The position numbers were made by a program, and so were the translations under genes. 64,000 nt of DNA from Eledone cirrhosa (Eukaryota). The stretch spans positions 4,030,001 through 4,094,000 of the forward strand of contig OZ024762.1 of the NCBI GenBank assembly GCA_964016885.1, given 5' to 3'. Positions 13,429 to 26,130 of this stretch are shown piece by piece (positions within the stretch are counted from its first letter, which is position 1; the number at the start of each line of letters is the position of its first letter). The notes beneath the pieces are model-generated. The model was not told where the DNA came from. It saw nothing but the letters and a program-made list of their open reading frames with translations, and did not search any database.

Positions 13429-13503
13429 CGTATTTTTGACTAAAGGGATTTTAGCCTGATAATGGGGTTTAGAACCCTCAGATAAATGGGAAAAGATGAG
13501 TAT

Positions 13504-13574
13504 TGACCTACATGGGAGTCGAACCCACATCTTTGGTTATCGCGACCACTGTGCTACCATTACACCAACACATC
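13504..13574 (-). pseudogene. tRNA-like sequence (tRNA pseudogene or SINE head)
   Basis: rc GATGTGTTGGTGTAATGGTAGCAC-AGTGGTCGCGATAACCA-AAGAT-GTGGGTTCGACTCCCAT-GTAGGTCA has an A box, D arm, anticodon arm and T arm; the acceptor stem pairs poorly. Confidence 0.6.
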
Positions 13575-13678
13575 ACCCATATATATACACACATCCACAC
13601 ACACATGTATATCTGCAGACAGGAAATAACAAAATTACAAATCTCAGCTGTTATTGAGTATTCCATATGTTCGAGAGA

Positions 13679-13826
<148 letters not shown>

Positions 13827-13839
13827 ATTTATTTTTGAT

Positions 13840-13953
13840 GGAAACGACTTCTTCAGGGATATCACTGTTTCACTCAGTTGAAATCACCAGGAAGGCCATA
13901 CCTGATGATTTCAATCGAATGAAACAGGGCTAGTCCCGTAGAAGTAATTTCCA
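13840..13953 (+). repeat. Diverged fold-back palindrome with degenerate hammerhead core (Penelope-like)
   Basis: Arms 13840-13891 and 13901-13953. The right arm reads CTGATGATTTCAATCGAATGAAACAGGGCTAGTC; a related sequence with GAAACAGTACTAGTC is on the minus strand at ~18145-18190. Confidence 0.55.
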
Positions 13954-14003
13954 ACAGAAGGAGACTGTGTCTACTTTTTACTTAATGTATTGGATACGTT
14001 ATT

Positions 14004-14184
14004 TAATTGTTTCTATTTTAGGCACAAGGCCAGCAATTACCCAGTGCATTACTGGTACTTTATTTTATCGACCCCGTAAGGGTGAAAGGCAAAGTTAACC
14101 TCGGCGGGATTTGAACTCAGATCATACAGGGAGGTAACTCTATGCTTCAAAGCATGGCGTCCGACCCTCTACCGATACTGCCAA
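14004..14184 (-). mobile_element. SINE family A, near full length
   Basis: Matches 28656-28840. Confidence 0.85.
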
Positions 14185-14189
14185 TAATG

Positions 14190-14430
14190 GAAGTTTATAG
14201 GGAAACCTGGCCAAAATAACAACTGCAATTGGTCAAAGATGGTTAGGATTTGTAGGACATTGCTGGAGAAGTCAGCTGGAAGTTATACACAAGTTACTGT
14301 TGTGGGAACCAACTCGTGGGAGACACAGTAGAGGAAGACCTGTTTGAACCTTAATTGATCAACTCTCAGACAATACAAACCTCAGTAGAGAGAAGTTGTC
14401 AGGAGCAATGGAGGATTGTAAATTGTGGTG
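14190..14430 (+). mobile_element. RTE-clade LINE 3' fragment, decayed
   Basis: GNLAKITTAIGQRWLGFVGHCWRSQLEVIHKLLLWEPTRGRHSRGRPV* is similar to the ORF at 1027-1374. Confidence 0.8.
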
Positions 14431-14520
14431 AGAAGTTAAAAATTAAAAAAAACAAAAAACAAACACAAAGAGTGCAGTACAGTGTTAGTATTAGGTTCAC
14501 GCTTGAGAGTGGGGGAGGGG

Positions 14521-14548
14521 GACCTTTCGGGCATAAGCCCTTCATCAG
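14521..14548 (-). ncRNA. Degenerate hammerhead core in a Penelope-like pLTR remnant
   Basis: rc CTGATGA-A-GGGC-ttat-GCCC-GAAA-GGTC: core and stem II are intact, but stems I and III do not pair. Confidence 0.5.
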
Positions 14549-14697
14549 GAGAAACGTGGAAAGGAAAAGAGTTCCGAGGGTGTGAGGGGAGTGGTGGAAA
14601 GACATTAAAAGGGGGGAAAAAATTAAAGGGAAGCAAAAAAAAAAAAAATTAAAATGAGGGTAAAAAAATTTAAAATGAAATCCTTGGTACAGTTAGG

Positions 14698-14730
<33 letters not shown>

Positions 14731-14732
<2 letters not shown>

Positions 14733-14933
14733 CAAAGGAATTGTGGTAAGGAACCAGATGGACCATAACGCACCAGAGTACTCAATACTCAGGGTAGTAG
14801 AGTGGAAAATAGGAAAATATATATATATATATATAGGAAAAAGTATGACCCCGAGGGCAGAGCTCTGCCGTCGGAGTCATACTTTTTCCTATTTTCCCCT
14901 CTACTACTCTGAAATCCTCGGTACAGTTAGGTA

Positions 14934-14965
<32 letters not shown>

Positions 14966-14987
14966 CCTAACTGTACCAAGGATTTCA
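14731..14987. mobile_element. Penelope-like pLTR family P, fold-back copy
   Basis: Palindrome centred on GGCAGAGCTCTGCC. Shares GAGTACTCTGGTGCGTTATGGTCCATCTGGTTCCTTACCAC with the copies at 18311, 22627 and 26342. Confidence 0.7.
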
Positions 14988-15369
14988 CACATTTTCCAAT
15001 ATATATATATATATATATATACATACATACACGCACACATATATATGTGTGTGCGTGTGTGTTTATATGCATGTATGTGTATGTAGGAAAATGTGTCAGA
15101 TCCTTTGGTACAGTTAGGTATCTTTAAAAAAAAAGGAAAAAAATGACTTCTTCACTTGTAGCTCTAAACAATTTAATTTAATTTCATAATATTATGATTT
15201 TACAATTTGGTTTTGTAGATCTAAGTAAACTGTTAACCTCGGTGGGGAGATTTTTAAAGATTCCTGGATAACTTTCCTTGATAGCTTTCTCGCGTTCGTC
15301 GGTGGCGATTGTGTGTGTGTGTATTGTGCATCTCGTTCCACTTCGCGACAGGATAGGGGCTGGCCATTC

Positions 15370-16478
15370 ACACCAGTACACCAGTGCATCAGTTAACCAG
15401 TGCATCAGTTAACCAGTACACCAGTACATCAGTTAACAAGTACACCAGTACACCAGTGCATCAGTTAACCAGTACACCAGTACACCAGTACACCAGTTAA
15501 CAAGTACACCAGTACACCAGTACATCAGTTAACCAGTACACCAGTACACCAGTACATAGGTACACCAGTGCATCAGTTAACCAGTACATCAGTTAACCAG
15601 TACACCAGTTAACAAGTACACCAGTACATAGGTACACCAGTGCATCAGTTAACCAGTACATCAGTTAACCAGTACACCAGTTAACAAGTACACCAGTACA
15701 TAGGTACACCAGTGCATCAGTTAACCAGTACATCAGTTAACCAGTACACCAGTTAACCAGTACACCAGTACACCAGTACACCAGTTAACAAGTACACCAG
15801 TACATCAGTTAACCAGTACACCAGTTAACCAGTACACCAGTACACCAGTACACCAGTTAACAAGTACACCAGTACATAGGTACACCAGTACACCAGTTAA
15901 CCAGTACACCAGTGCATCAGTTAACCAGTACATCAGTTAACCAGTACACCAGTTAACCAGTACACCAGTACACCAGTTAACAAGTACACCAGTACACCAG
16001 TACACCAGTTAACAAGTACACCAGTACATAGGTACACCAGTACACCAGTTAACCAGTACACCAGTGCATCAGTTAACCAGTACATCAGTTAACCAGTACA
16101 CCAGTTAACCAGTACACCAGTACACCAGTTAACAAGTACACCAGTACATAGGTACACCAGTACACCAGTTAACCAGTACACCAGTTAACCAGTACACCAG
16201 TGCATCAGTTAACCAGTACATCAGTTAACCAGTACACCAGTTAACCAGTACACCAGTACACCAGTTAACAAGTACACCAGTACATAGGTACACCAGTACA
16301 CCAGTTAACCAGTACACCAGTACACCAGTACATAGGTACACCAGTTAACCAGTACACCAGTACACCAGTACACCAGTTAACAAGTACACCAGTACATAGG
16401 TACACCAGTACACCAGTTAACCAGTACACCAGTTAACCAGTACACCAGTGCATCAGTTAACCAGTACACCTGTACATC
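15370..16478. repeat. Complex minisatellite of 8-9-nt modules (CCAGTACA, CCAGTTAA, TCAGTTAA, TAGGTACA)
   Basis: Directly visible, with irregular higher-order repetition. Confidence 0.9.
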
Positions 16479-17304
16479 GTCTGGAAGGTGAAAGTCCACA
16501 GTTTAGGAGTCTGTTGTACATATTTACAACAGAACAATGAAGAGAGGAGTCAGCTAGTCTAGGACGCTGGGTTGCCGTCGGTTAACGACGAGGACCACAA
16601 CCAGTTGCTGGAAGATAGGAAGAGACAGCTTGTCTAGGGCGCTGGGTTCTCCGTCCGTAACGACGAGAGTCACTACTCAGTACATGTTTATAACAGAACA
16701 GCCAAGATAGGACACAGATAATCTCGGACGCTGAGAGGAGGAAAGTCGATTAAATCGACCCCAGTGCATTAACCGTAAGGATGAAAAGCAAAGCTAACTT
16801 CGGGGGAATTTCAAGTCAGAACGTAAAGCATGTTGCCCGATGCTCTACCGATTCTGCCTACCCACCACCCTATTAATTTAAATGAATATAAAATGAAATT
16901 ATTGATAAGATATTGCTTACAACGAAAGTACGAGGCACTGTCGTTTCCACTAAAGCACGGTCCTGGGATTCCATTGTAAAATATATATGTACTGTGTTTC
17001 CCTTAGTACCTACTCCAAAGATAAGTCCTAGCGCATTTTTGTGAGAAGAATTAATATGAAAAATATAAAACACAGATTTCCAGAGTCTTGCTGATTACTA
17101 ATATAATAAATTCTTTCAATGAGATTGTTTTTAACTCTATAATATATATCCTTTATTTTTGGCATCAGTATAATGATAGTTATCAGAACTGTTGTGCAGT
17201 TATTTTTTGTGTAAAAATATAAGTTTTAAAGGGAAAAATAATATAAGAGCTGTCTTATAATAGGGGGCACACGGTATATATAAACATGTGCTTAATGAAA
17301 GCAA

Positions 17305-17815
17305 CATGGCTGCTTCACAATCACCAGGTCGCGAGTTTGATACCACAGTGTAGCATCTTAGGCGGTGCCGGATTTAAGACAAATGAGGCCCTGTGCTAGT
17401 TAAGTTACTTGGGCCCTCAAGCAGGTAACCAGGTAAAAAAAAAAAAATGTTTTTTTGGGGGGGGAAGGAAGATGCCCAAACCAACGGGGCCCTGTGCTTA
17501 AACTCAACTAAACACAATGGTAAATCCGACACTGATCTTGGGCAAGTATCATTTACCATAGACCTAGTTAGACCCCTGTCTTGTGAGTAAAACTGGGTAG
17601 ATGGAAACTTTTTGGAAGCCCGTCCAATGAACTGTACTTGTAATTCAAAGGGCCAGCTTTGTTACATATTATGATATGCTGAATCTCCCTGAGAATTACG
17701 TTAATGGTACACATGTCTGTGGAATGCTTAGCCACTGACGTGTTCATTTCATAAGCAAACAGTTCCGTTGATGGAACAACTGGAACGTACGTTGTCGAAG
17801 GCGACGGAAGACCAT
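17305..17815 (+). mobile_element. tRNA/CORE-like SINE interrupted by a MITE
   Basis: Head GAGTTTGATACC; CORE-like ATCTTGGGCAAGTATCATTT...TTGTGAGTAAAACTGGGTAGATGGAAAC resumes after 17534. Confidence 0.6.
17363..17534. mobile_element. hAT-type MITE
   Basis: TIRs CGGTGCCGGATTTA / TAAATCCGACACTG; 8-bp TSD ATCTTAGG (17355-17362) / ATCTTGGG (17535-17542). Confidence 0.8.
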
Positions 17816-17927
17816 CCTATAAACGTGTTGATTTCCAGCCATACTGCTCTCCATAAGACATTCCTTTGTCTACAGTCAGTTCGTTAGGAAGGAAGTATCT
17901 GTCTCTCTCTCTCTATATATATATATG

Positions 17928-17994
<67 letters not shown>

Positions 17995-18310
17995 ATTTGT
18001 ATATATGTCTCTCTCTATATATATACACACACTCATATATAAATATATACATACTTAATGATGATTTTCCGGAGGAAGGGAACGGAAATAACTACAGTTA
18101 AATAAGGTATTCAGGATAAGAAGATAGATATTTATTTTATATAGAAATGACTTCGACGGGACTAGTACTGTTTCATTCTTTTGAAATCATTCTAGTAATG
18201 TACACGTCATTTCTATATGAAACACACATACACACACACATATATACACTTAACTTGGGTGTTTTCCCGATCACCATCGGGAATCCACCCCTAATTATAT
18301 ATATATATAT

Positions 18311-18503
18311 AGGAAAAGAGTCAGGACCCCGACGGCTGAGCTCCGGCCGATTCGATAGCTAGACCCGATCTAGCTGTCGAAAGGGCCGGAGCTCAGCCGT
18401 CGGGGTCCTGACTCTTTTCCTTATTACCCACTCTATTACCGTAAGTATTGAGTACTTTGGTGCATTATGGTCCAGCTGGTTTCTTACCACACTTTCTTTG
18501 TTT
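18311..18503 (+). mobile_element. Penelope-like pLTR family P, palindromic copy with 3' half hammerhead
   Basis: 53-bp arms with loop CCCGA (18311-18421). The right arm reads GAAA-GGGC-cggagctca-GCC-GTC-GGGGTCC (stem III and GUC); the family tail then runs into (TA)n. Confidence 0.75.
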
Positions 18504-18526
18504 ATATATAATATATATAATATATA

Positions 18527-18559
<33 letters not shown>

Positions 18560-18732
18560 TTCTGATGCGTATTGGGAAGTGACAGCTGTTTAAAAAGGTA
18601 CTCAATACGTTAGTAGAGGATAGGTTTTCTATATTTTATATAGAAATGACTTGATTGTGTATGTGGTTATATATGACTGAAACCAATAAAAGGGTTTATA
18701 CACACACACACATACACACACACATATATATA

Positions 18733-18796
<64 letters not shown>

Positions 18797-19002
18797 GTAC
18801 TATCGATAATAGAACTTTTAAGAAAATGAAAATATCTCGTCCGATTCATCGGATTCATTTCGCATGTCCACACACACACACACACCTCTCTCTTACACAC
18901 ACACACCCAGATATCTCTCTCTCTCCCTCTCTCTCACACACACACACCCAGATCTCTCTCTCTCTCACACCCACCCAGATCTCTCTCTCAATCACACCCA
19001 CC

Positions 19003-19043
<41 letters not shown>

Positions 19044-19112
19044 CCCAGATCTCTCTCTCTCTGCGAGAGACAGACACGCAGATAGATATATATATAGATA
19101 GATAGATAGATA

Positions 19113-20355
19113 TATTTCTTTATTAGCCACAAGGGCGCACAAGAAAAGGGGACAATACAAAGACATACCGGGGATTTTACATACAGTCGTGTAAAAAAAT
19201 AAAAAACAAACAATTACAACAATCGAAATCCCCAATAGGGGGGAGGCACCACAAATGGGTTGTTTAATACCCCGTCGATAGAACAACCCTCAACTCCAGG
19301 AGCGTGTTGTGCAAGTGGTCCCTTCTTAGAGAGAGAGAGACAGACATACAGGTGGATAGATAGATAGACAGAGGGGGGGGGGGGGAGACGGTGAGACAAA
19401 TGGGGAGATAGATACAGATGGATAGATAGATATATATAGGGGTAGATATATAGAGAGTGATACATAGATATCTTTCTTTATTTGCCACAGGGGCGTACAA
19501 GAATGGGACATTACAAGACGTGGCGGGGGGGGGGGGTACATAAACATAACTTTAACAATGATAAATAACAATAAATTATATAAAAATAAAACAATTGAAA
19601 TCCCCATTAGGAAAGGGGGGGGGGGGGGGGGGGTAACGCTACTGCGGGGTTGTTTTACACCCCGTGGATAGAACCCCCAACACCAGGAACACGGTTTGTA
19701 GGTGTTCCCGTCTTCCCTCTGTTGATCTTCCTCAACCTATAGGTTTATATACAGAGGTGATACATAGATAGATAGACAGATATGTTTCTTTATTAGCCAC
19801 AGGGGCACAAAAGAAGGGGACAAATACAAATGGGGAGTTTACATACAGGTATATGAAAATAAAACTATTAATACAATAACAAATAACAATTGAAATCCCC
19901 AATAGGGGGGGAGGTGTTACACAGGGGTTTTACACACCCCGAAAAAATGTACAACCCTCATCTCCAGGAGCACCAAGAGTGAGTACTTCCTTCCTCTCTT
20001 CCTCTTTTTCCTCAACCTACAGGCTTATATAGAGAGAAGGCCCAACCACTCGGGCCATCTTTGCCTCATTCACCCACCTTTTATATAGATAGATAGACAG
20101 ATATGTTTCTTTATTAGCCACAGGGGCACAAAAGAAGGGGACAAATACAAAAGGGGGAAGTTTACATACAATAAAAACGTGTAAAATACTATCACAAATG
20201 CAATTGAAAAACCAATCGATCTTCCCCAACAGGGGGAGACATCACATATGGGCAACACATATCCCCGAAAAAAAGGCGCAACCCTCATCTCCAGGAGTAC
20301 GAAGAGTGAGTAACCCGTTCCTCTCTTCCTCTTTTTAGATAGACAGATAGATAGT

Positions 20356-20397
<42 letters not shown>

Positions 20398-20478
20398 TGT
20401 TTCTTTATTAGCCACAGGGGCACAAAAGAAGGGGACAAATACAAAGGGGGAAGTTTACATACAATAAAAACGTATAAA
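19113..20478 (-). mobile_element. Five stacked 3' ends of a Tx1/L1-like non-LTR retrotransposon in (GATA)n
   Basis: Copies start near 19113, 19472, 19783, 20104 and 20398. Each sense end reads TTTGTCCCCTTCTTTTGTGCCCCTGTGGCTAATAAAGAAA plus (TATC)n. One keeps the ORF end KRWVNEAKMARVVGPSLYISL* (20017-20082). Confidence 0.7.
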
Positions 20479-20531
20479 GTAGATAGATAATAGATAATAG
20501 ATAGATAGATAGATAGATATATATATTTCTT

Positions 20532-20563
<32 letters not shown>

Positions 20564-20651
20564 CGATATATAGATAGATAGATAATAGATAGATCGATAT
20601 ATAGATAGATAGATAATAGATAAAAAGTAAGCCAGTATGGTAAATTCTTAC

Positions 20652-20895
20652 GTGTGATTGTAATATCATTCGGTGCTGTGGTAACGTATACATCCTTCAT
20701 ATTATTGTTGTCACCAGAGGCGGCACAACTGCCACCGTCAATTCCAGAGCCTCCTGTGCCGCACAAGCCCCCTATACAGAATGCCCGTTCCACACTGTAT
20801 AGGACCGAACACACACTCATGGTTGCGATCTGGGCAGTTCCGGGGCCGCATGAAAGATCATTGGGACACGGCAGAAGATTTAACATGGATCGCAT
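20652..20895 (-). CDS. Probable first coding exon of an unidentified host gene (81 codons + 1 nt, phase-1 donor)
   Basis: Non-repetitive, GC/CpG-richer ORF MRSMLNLLPCPNDLSCGPGTAQIATMSVCSVLYSVERAFCIGGLCG...DVYVTTAPNDITIT. In-frame TGA 8 codons upstream; consensus donor C|GTAAGA at 20651. Product not recognised. Confidence 0.6.
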
Positions 20896-21273
20896 GAAGA
20901 CGGCTAACTTAGCTGGTCAGCTGATTGCTGTTAAGTCGGTGGTGTTGTTGTTGTTGTTGTGTGTGGTTGTTGTGTGATGTGTGTGTGTGGTTGTGTGATG
21001 TGTGTGTGTGGTTGTGTGATGTGTGTGGTTGTGTGATGTGTGTGGTTGTGTGATGTGGGAGGTTGTGTGATGTGTGTGGTTGTGCATGTGGCTGTATGTG
21101 TATGTATGTGGCTGTGTGTGTATGTATGTGGCTGTGTGTATATGTATGTGGCTGTGTGTATGTGTGTTATTGTTGATGATAGTGATGTGGGTGGTGGGTA
21201 AATGAATGAAAAAAGAAAATTGACAGCGACGAAGAGAAACTGTAGTAGTAGTAGTAGTTGTGGTAGTAGTAGA

Positions 21274-21311
<38 letters not shown>

Positions 21312-21319
21312 TAGTGGTG

Positions 21320-21362
<43 letters not shown>

Positions 21363-21370
21363 TAGTGGTG

Positions 21371-21402
<32 letters not shown>

Positions 21403-21418
21403 GGTAGTAGTGGTGGTG

Positions 21419-21450
<32 letters not shown>

Positions 21451-22023
21451 GAGATATTTTTTTAACAAAATGAATGAATGAACGATTAACAGTTCATAAC
21501 TTTTGATGGTGTTATTGAGGTGGTGGTGGTGGTGTTACTGAGGTGGTGGTGGTGTTATTGAGGTGGTGGTGGTGGTGGTGGTGGTGGTGTTACTGAGGAG
21601 GGTTTTATTGTTGTTACTGAGGTGGTGGTGGTGGTGGTGGTGGTGTTACTGAGGAGGGTTTTATTGTTGTTACTGAGGTGGTGGTAGTGGTGGTGGTGGT
21701 GTTATTGAGGTGGTGGTGGTGGTGTTACTGAGGTGGTGGTGGTGTTACTGAGGTGGTGGCGGTGGTGGTGGTGTTACTGAGGAGGGTTTTATTGTTGTTA
21801 CTGAGGTGGTGGTGGTGGTGTTATTGAGGAGGGTGTTGGTAGTATTGTTGTTTTTTTTGCTGTGGTGGTAGTGTTGTTATTGTAGTGTTGGTATGGTAAC
21901 GGTTTCTTTTTTCTCCCTTTATGGTGAACTCCCGATGTTTAAATTAAAATATATCCATATAAATATATATATATATCTATATCTACATATTTATATATCT
22001 ATATATAGAGAGATATCTATATT

Positions 22024-22059
<36 letters not shown>

Positions 22060-22585
22060 TATCAAAATGAAATTCCAAAGGCAAGAGAGATAGATATATA
22101 TTGTTGTCGAAATGGCAAGAGCTCAGCTGTCGGGCCCCGACTTTCTAATATATATATAAATTTCTAATTATATATATATATTGTTTATATAAATCCAATG
22201 CAGGCTTAATCGTTTATTCGTTTTCTTTCTCTTTTCTTCTTTTGTTTCATTCGTTCTTTCTTGCCTTCTTCTTCTTCTTCGTCTTCTTTCTTCCCCCTTT
22301 TTCTCCTCTTCTTTTTCGTCTTCTTCATCAGATGTCGGAGAAGAAAATGATTATAATGCTGACGATAACAAAACAACAATATCAGACGAGCGCGAAGAAG
22401 CGGCGGAAGAAGGAGAATTAACAGGAAGTCTGTGCTTTTAAATCCTTTCTTTAGTTCAGGTTAAATAATCCCAACTGGTACTGAAGCAAAACCCCTCATA
22501 AAAAGAGCGGGGAGACACTTGTGGTGGTCGTCATTCTTTGTAATTGCTGCTGTTGTTGTTGCTTTATTCCCGAGAAACATGTATA

Positions 22586-22618
<33 letters not shown>

Positions 22619-22626
22619 TAAATATA

Positions 22627-22747
22627 TAGGAAAAAGTATGACCCCGACGGCAGAGCTCAAGCCGTTTCGACGGCTGTTTCTGGACAATGTACTGTAGGGT
22701 GTGTGTGTACGTTATGGTCCATCTGGTTCCTTACCACAATTCCTTCG

Positions 22748-22750
<3 letters not shown>
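22627..22750. mobile_element. Penelope-like pLTR family P, inverted split copy
   Basis: Minus-strand half hammerhead GTCCAGAAACAGCCGTC-GAAA-CGGC-ttgagctct-GCCG-TC, then a plus-strand tail CGTTATGGTCCATCTGGTTCCTTACCAC running into (TA)n. Confidence 0.7.
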
Positions 22751-22805
<55 letters not shown>

Positions 22806-23007
22806 TGATTAGTTTTTTCGTTGTTTTGGTATGGTGTGGTTGGGTTTTTTGCCTGCCGCAATTTTCAATTTGTCAAGCTATTTAAACGTAATGTTATTAC
22901 TCTAAGGACCTCTTACCCCTATTGAGTGCTTTGCTACTCATTCCTTATTGTAGGTCGACTTTGCTTGGCCACAGCCAAAGCTTCGATTTTACTAAGCTTC
23001 CACTTAT

Positions 23008-23077
<70 letters not shown>

Positions 23078-23694
23078 ATATAATATAATGTAAGAACGGG
23101 TAAAAACGTTCTTTGCCAACTAGTGTCTTAGTTAGTGTGTGCGTGTTTAATGTATGTGTAGCTATGTAGTGTGTGTGTGTGTGTGTGTGTGCGTGTTTAA
23201 TGTATGTGTAGCTATATAGTGTGTGTGTGTGCGTGTTTAATGTATGTGTAGCTATGTAGTGTGTGTGTGTGCGCGTGTTTAATGTATGTGTGTGTGCTCT
23301 ATGTACAGTAGTGTGTGTGTGTGTACATATTGATATGCAGTGTGTCAATGTACTGTAGGGTGTGTGTGTGTATCTATGTACTGTGTGTGTGTGTGTGTTA
23401 TAATAGTCACGAGATAAATCAACCAGTTCTAACTGCTGGAGGGAGAGAGAGAGAGAGAGAGAGAGAGGCAGAGATAGACAGAGAGGGGAATAACGAGAGA
23501 AACAAATGCAGAGAGGGAGAGATAGAGAGACAGACAAAGACAGAGAGGGAGATAAAGAGAGAGAGGCAAAGACAAAGAGAGAGAGACAAAGGGGGAGATA
23601 GATAGATAGATAGGGATAGAGAAAGAGAAAGAGAGAGACAAAGAACATGCAGTGGACTTTCTGTATGAAACACTTGGAACATACACATACACAC

Positions 23695-23703
23695 ACAACA
23701 CTG

Positions 23704-23741
<38 letters not shown>

Positions 23742-24080
23742 CACTGACATATACACACACAACACTGACATACACACACACACACACACAAAACACTGAC
23801 ATATACACACACACAACACTGACATATACACAACACTGACATACACACAACACTGACATATACACACACACAACACTGACATATACACACACACACAACA
23901 CTGACATATACACACACACACAACACTGACATACACACACACACAACACTGACATATACACACACACAACACTGACATATACACACACACAACACTGACA
24001 TACACACACAACACTGACATACACACACACACACACACAACACTGACATATACACACACACAACACTGACATACACACAA
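23695..24080. repeat. CAACACTGACATA(CA)n minisatellite
   Basis: Constant motif with variable (CA)n spacers. Confidence 0.85.
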
Positions 24081-24129
24081 CAGCCATATACACACGCAAC
24101 ATACAGGCAAGCACGGAACTGGATTGATG

Positions 24130-24164
<35 letters not shown>

Positions 24165-24399
24165 CGTGGATTGTAAAAGATGAAGAATCCTTCAGTTTCT
24201 CTCTCTACACACACGCACACACTCATATAAATATACACACCCACACACTCACACACACACACATACATACATGTATATATGCATGTTTGTATGTATATAA
24301 TGTGTGTATGTACGTATATATGCATGTATATATGCATGTTTGTATGTATATAATGTGTGTATGTACGTATATATGCATGTATATATGCATGTATGTGTG

Positions 24400-25432
24400 C
24401 GTATCAATATACATCAATATATATATGTGTGTGTGTATGCGTGTGTGTACGTGTGCGTATCAATATACATCAATATATATATGTGTGTGTGCGTGTGTGT
24501 ATGTGTGCGTATCAATATACATCAATATATATATATATGTGTGTGTGTGTGTGTATGTATCAATATACATCAATATACACCAATATATATATGTATATGT
24601 ATCAATATACACCAATATATATATATATATGTGTATGTGTGTATATGTATCAATATACACCAATATATATATGTGTGTATGTATCAATATACACCAATAT
24701 ATATATATATATATATATGTGTATGTGTGTGTATGTATTAATATACACCAATATATATATGTGTATATGTATCAATATACACCAATATATATATATGTAT
24801 ATATGTGTATGTGTGTATATGTATCAATATACACCAATATATATTTGTGTATATATGTATCAATATACACCAATATATATATATGTGTATGTGTGTATAT
24901 GTATCAATATACACCAATATATATATATATGTGTATGTATGTGTATGTGTGTATATGTATCAATATACACCAATATATATATATGTATATATGTGTGTGT
25001 GTATATGTATCAATATACACCAATATATATATGTGTATATGTATCAATATACACCAATATATATATATGTGTATGTGTGTATATGTATCAATATACACCA
25101 ATATATATATATGTATATATGTGTGTGTGTATATGTATCAATATACACCAATATATATATGTGTATATGTATCAATATACACCAATATATATATATTTAT
25201 ATATGTGTATGTGTGTATATGTATCAATATACACCAATATATATATATGTGTATGTGTGTATATGTATCAATATACACCAATATATATATATGTGTATGT
25301 GTGTATATGTATCAATATACACCAATATATATATGTGTATATGTGTATATGTATCAATATACACCAATATATATATATGTGTATGTGTGTATATGTATCA
25401 ATATACACCAATATATATATGTGTATATATAC
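24400..25432. repeat. TATCAATATACACCAA(TA)n(TG)n minisatellite
   Basis: Directly visible; more than 20 units. Confidence 0.85.
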
Positions 25433-25577
25433 TGTAGAATGTAAAGCAGTCAGTCAGCTGGTTAAGGACTGCTATACTCACAAACCACTACAGTCATCAA
25501 TACTTTAACAGCCACTTCTCATATAGCAACAGCTAATATATCCATATCCATATATAAATATAACAGCTAGTACATAC

Positions 25578-25610
<33 letters not shown>

Positions 25611-25641
25611 CATACATACATACATATACATACATACATAC

Positions 25642-25716
<75 letters not shown>

Positions 25717-25721
<5 letters not shown>

Positions 25722-25998
25722 AGATCAAAAGATGGTTAAAAGAGTTCCATGTATTTTATTATGCGCATTTCAAAAACAAATATCATCATGCAATAACATT
25801 TGTGTTTTCATCAGATAAAATAGGAAGACATGATATGAAGGTTTAAAAACACTTGTGGATAGTGCAGTTTTAAATCAACATATCTTTTTAACCATCTTTT
25901 GATCTTATATATTATGTATACTCCAGTCCTACAAACTGTAGAGTGCTTCTTATCCGATATCTGCATTGCTTTATTGTACTACAATAAAACTCACCTCC

Positions 25999-26002
<4 letters not shown>
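25717..26002 (-). mobile_element. Penelope-like pLTR fragment with inverted partial copy (same family as 8700-9052)
   Basis: Near-identical to 8700-9052 in the opposite orientation; flanked by (TA)n. Confidence 0.75.
25752..25822 (-). ncRNA. Minimal type-I hammerhead ribozyme, HHR4 (paralogue of HHR3)
   Basis: rc TATTTTAT-CTGATGA-AAACACAAATGTTATTgcatGATGATATTTGTTTTT-GAAA-TGCGCA-TA-ATAAAATA with a perfect 8-bp stem I. Confidence 0.88.
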
Positions 26003-26044
<42 letters not shown>

Positions 26045-26069
26045 TGTAATAAACAACATAAGATAATTA

Positions 26070-26130
26070 TTTCATTTACCAGTGGTTTCTTGAAAGCAAA
26101 CAAAATTTGCTTTCAGTCATCAGAATGAAA
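26070..26130 (-). ncRNA. Type-I hammerhead ribozyme, HHR5
   Basis: rc TTTCATT-CTGATGA-cTGAAAGCAAA-ttttg-TTTGCTTTCAa-GAAA-CCACTGG-TA-AATGAAA: 7-bp stem I, 10-bp stem II with a C-A mismatch at its base, GUA site. Confidence 0.8.

Noticed and set aside
16570-16670. X-box-like GTTGCCGTCGGTTAAC
   Set aside because: It belongs to a duplicated SINE-tail-like motif also seen at ~17790, so it is not independent regulatory evidence.
22331-22427. Plus-strand acidic exon (VGEENDYNADDNKTTISDEREEAAEEGELT) after a pyrimidine tract
   Set aside because: No convincing donor site; the pyrimidine tract is a CTT microsatellite; no partner exons were found.
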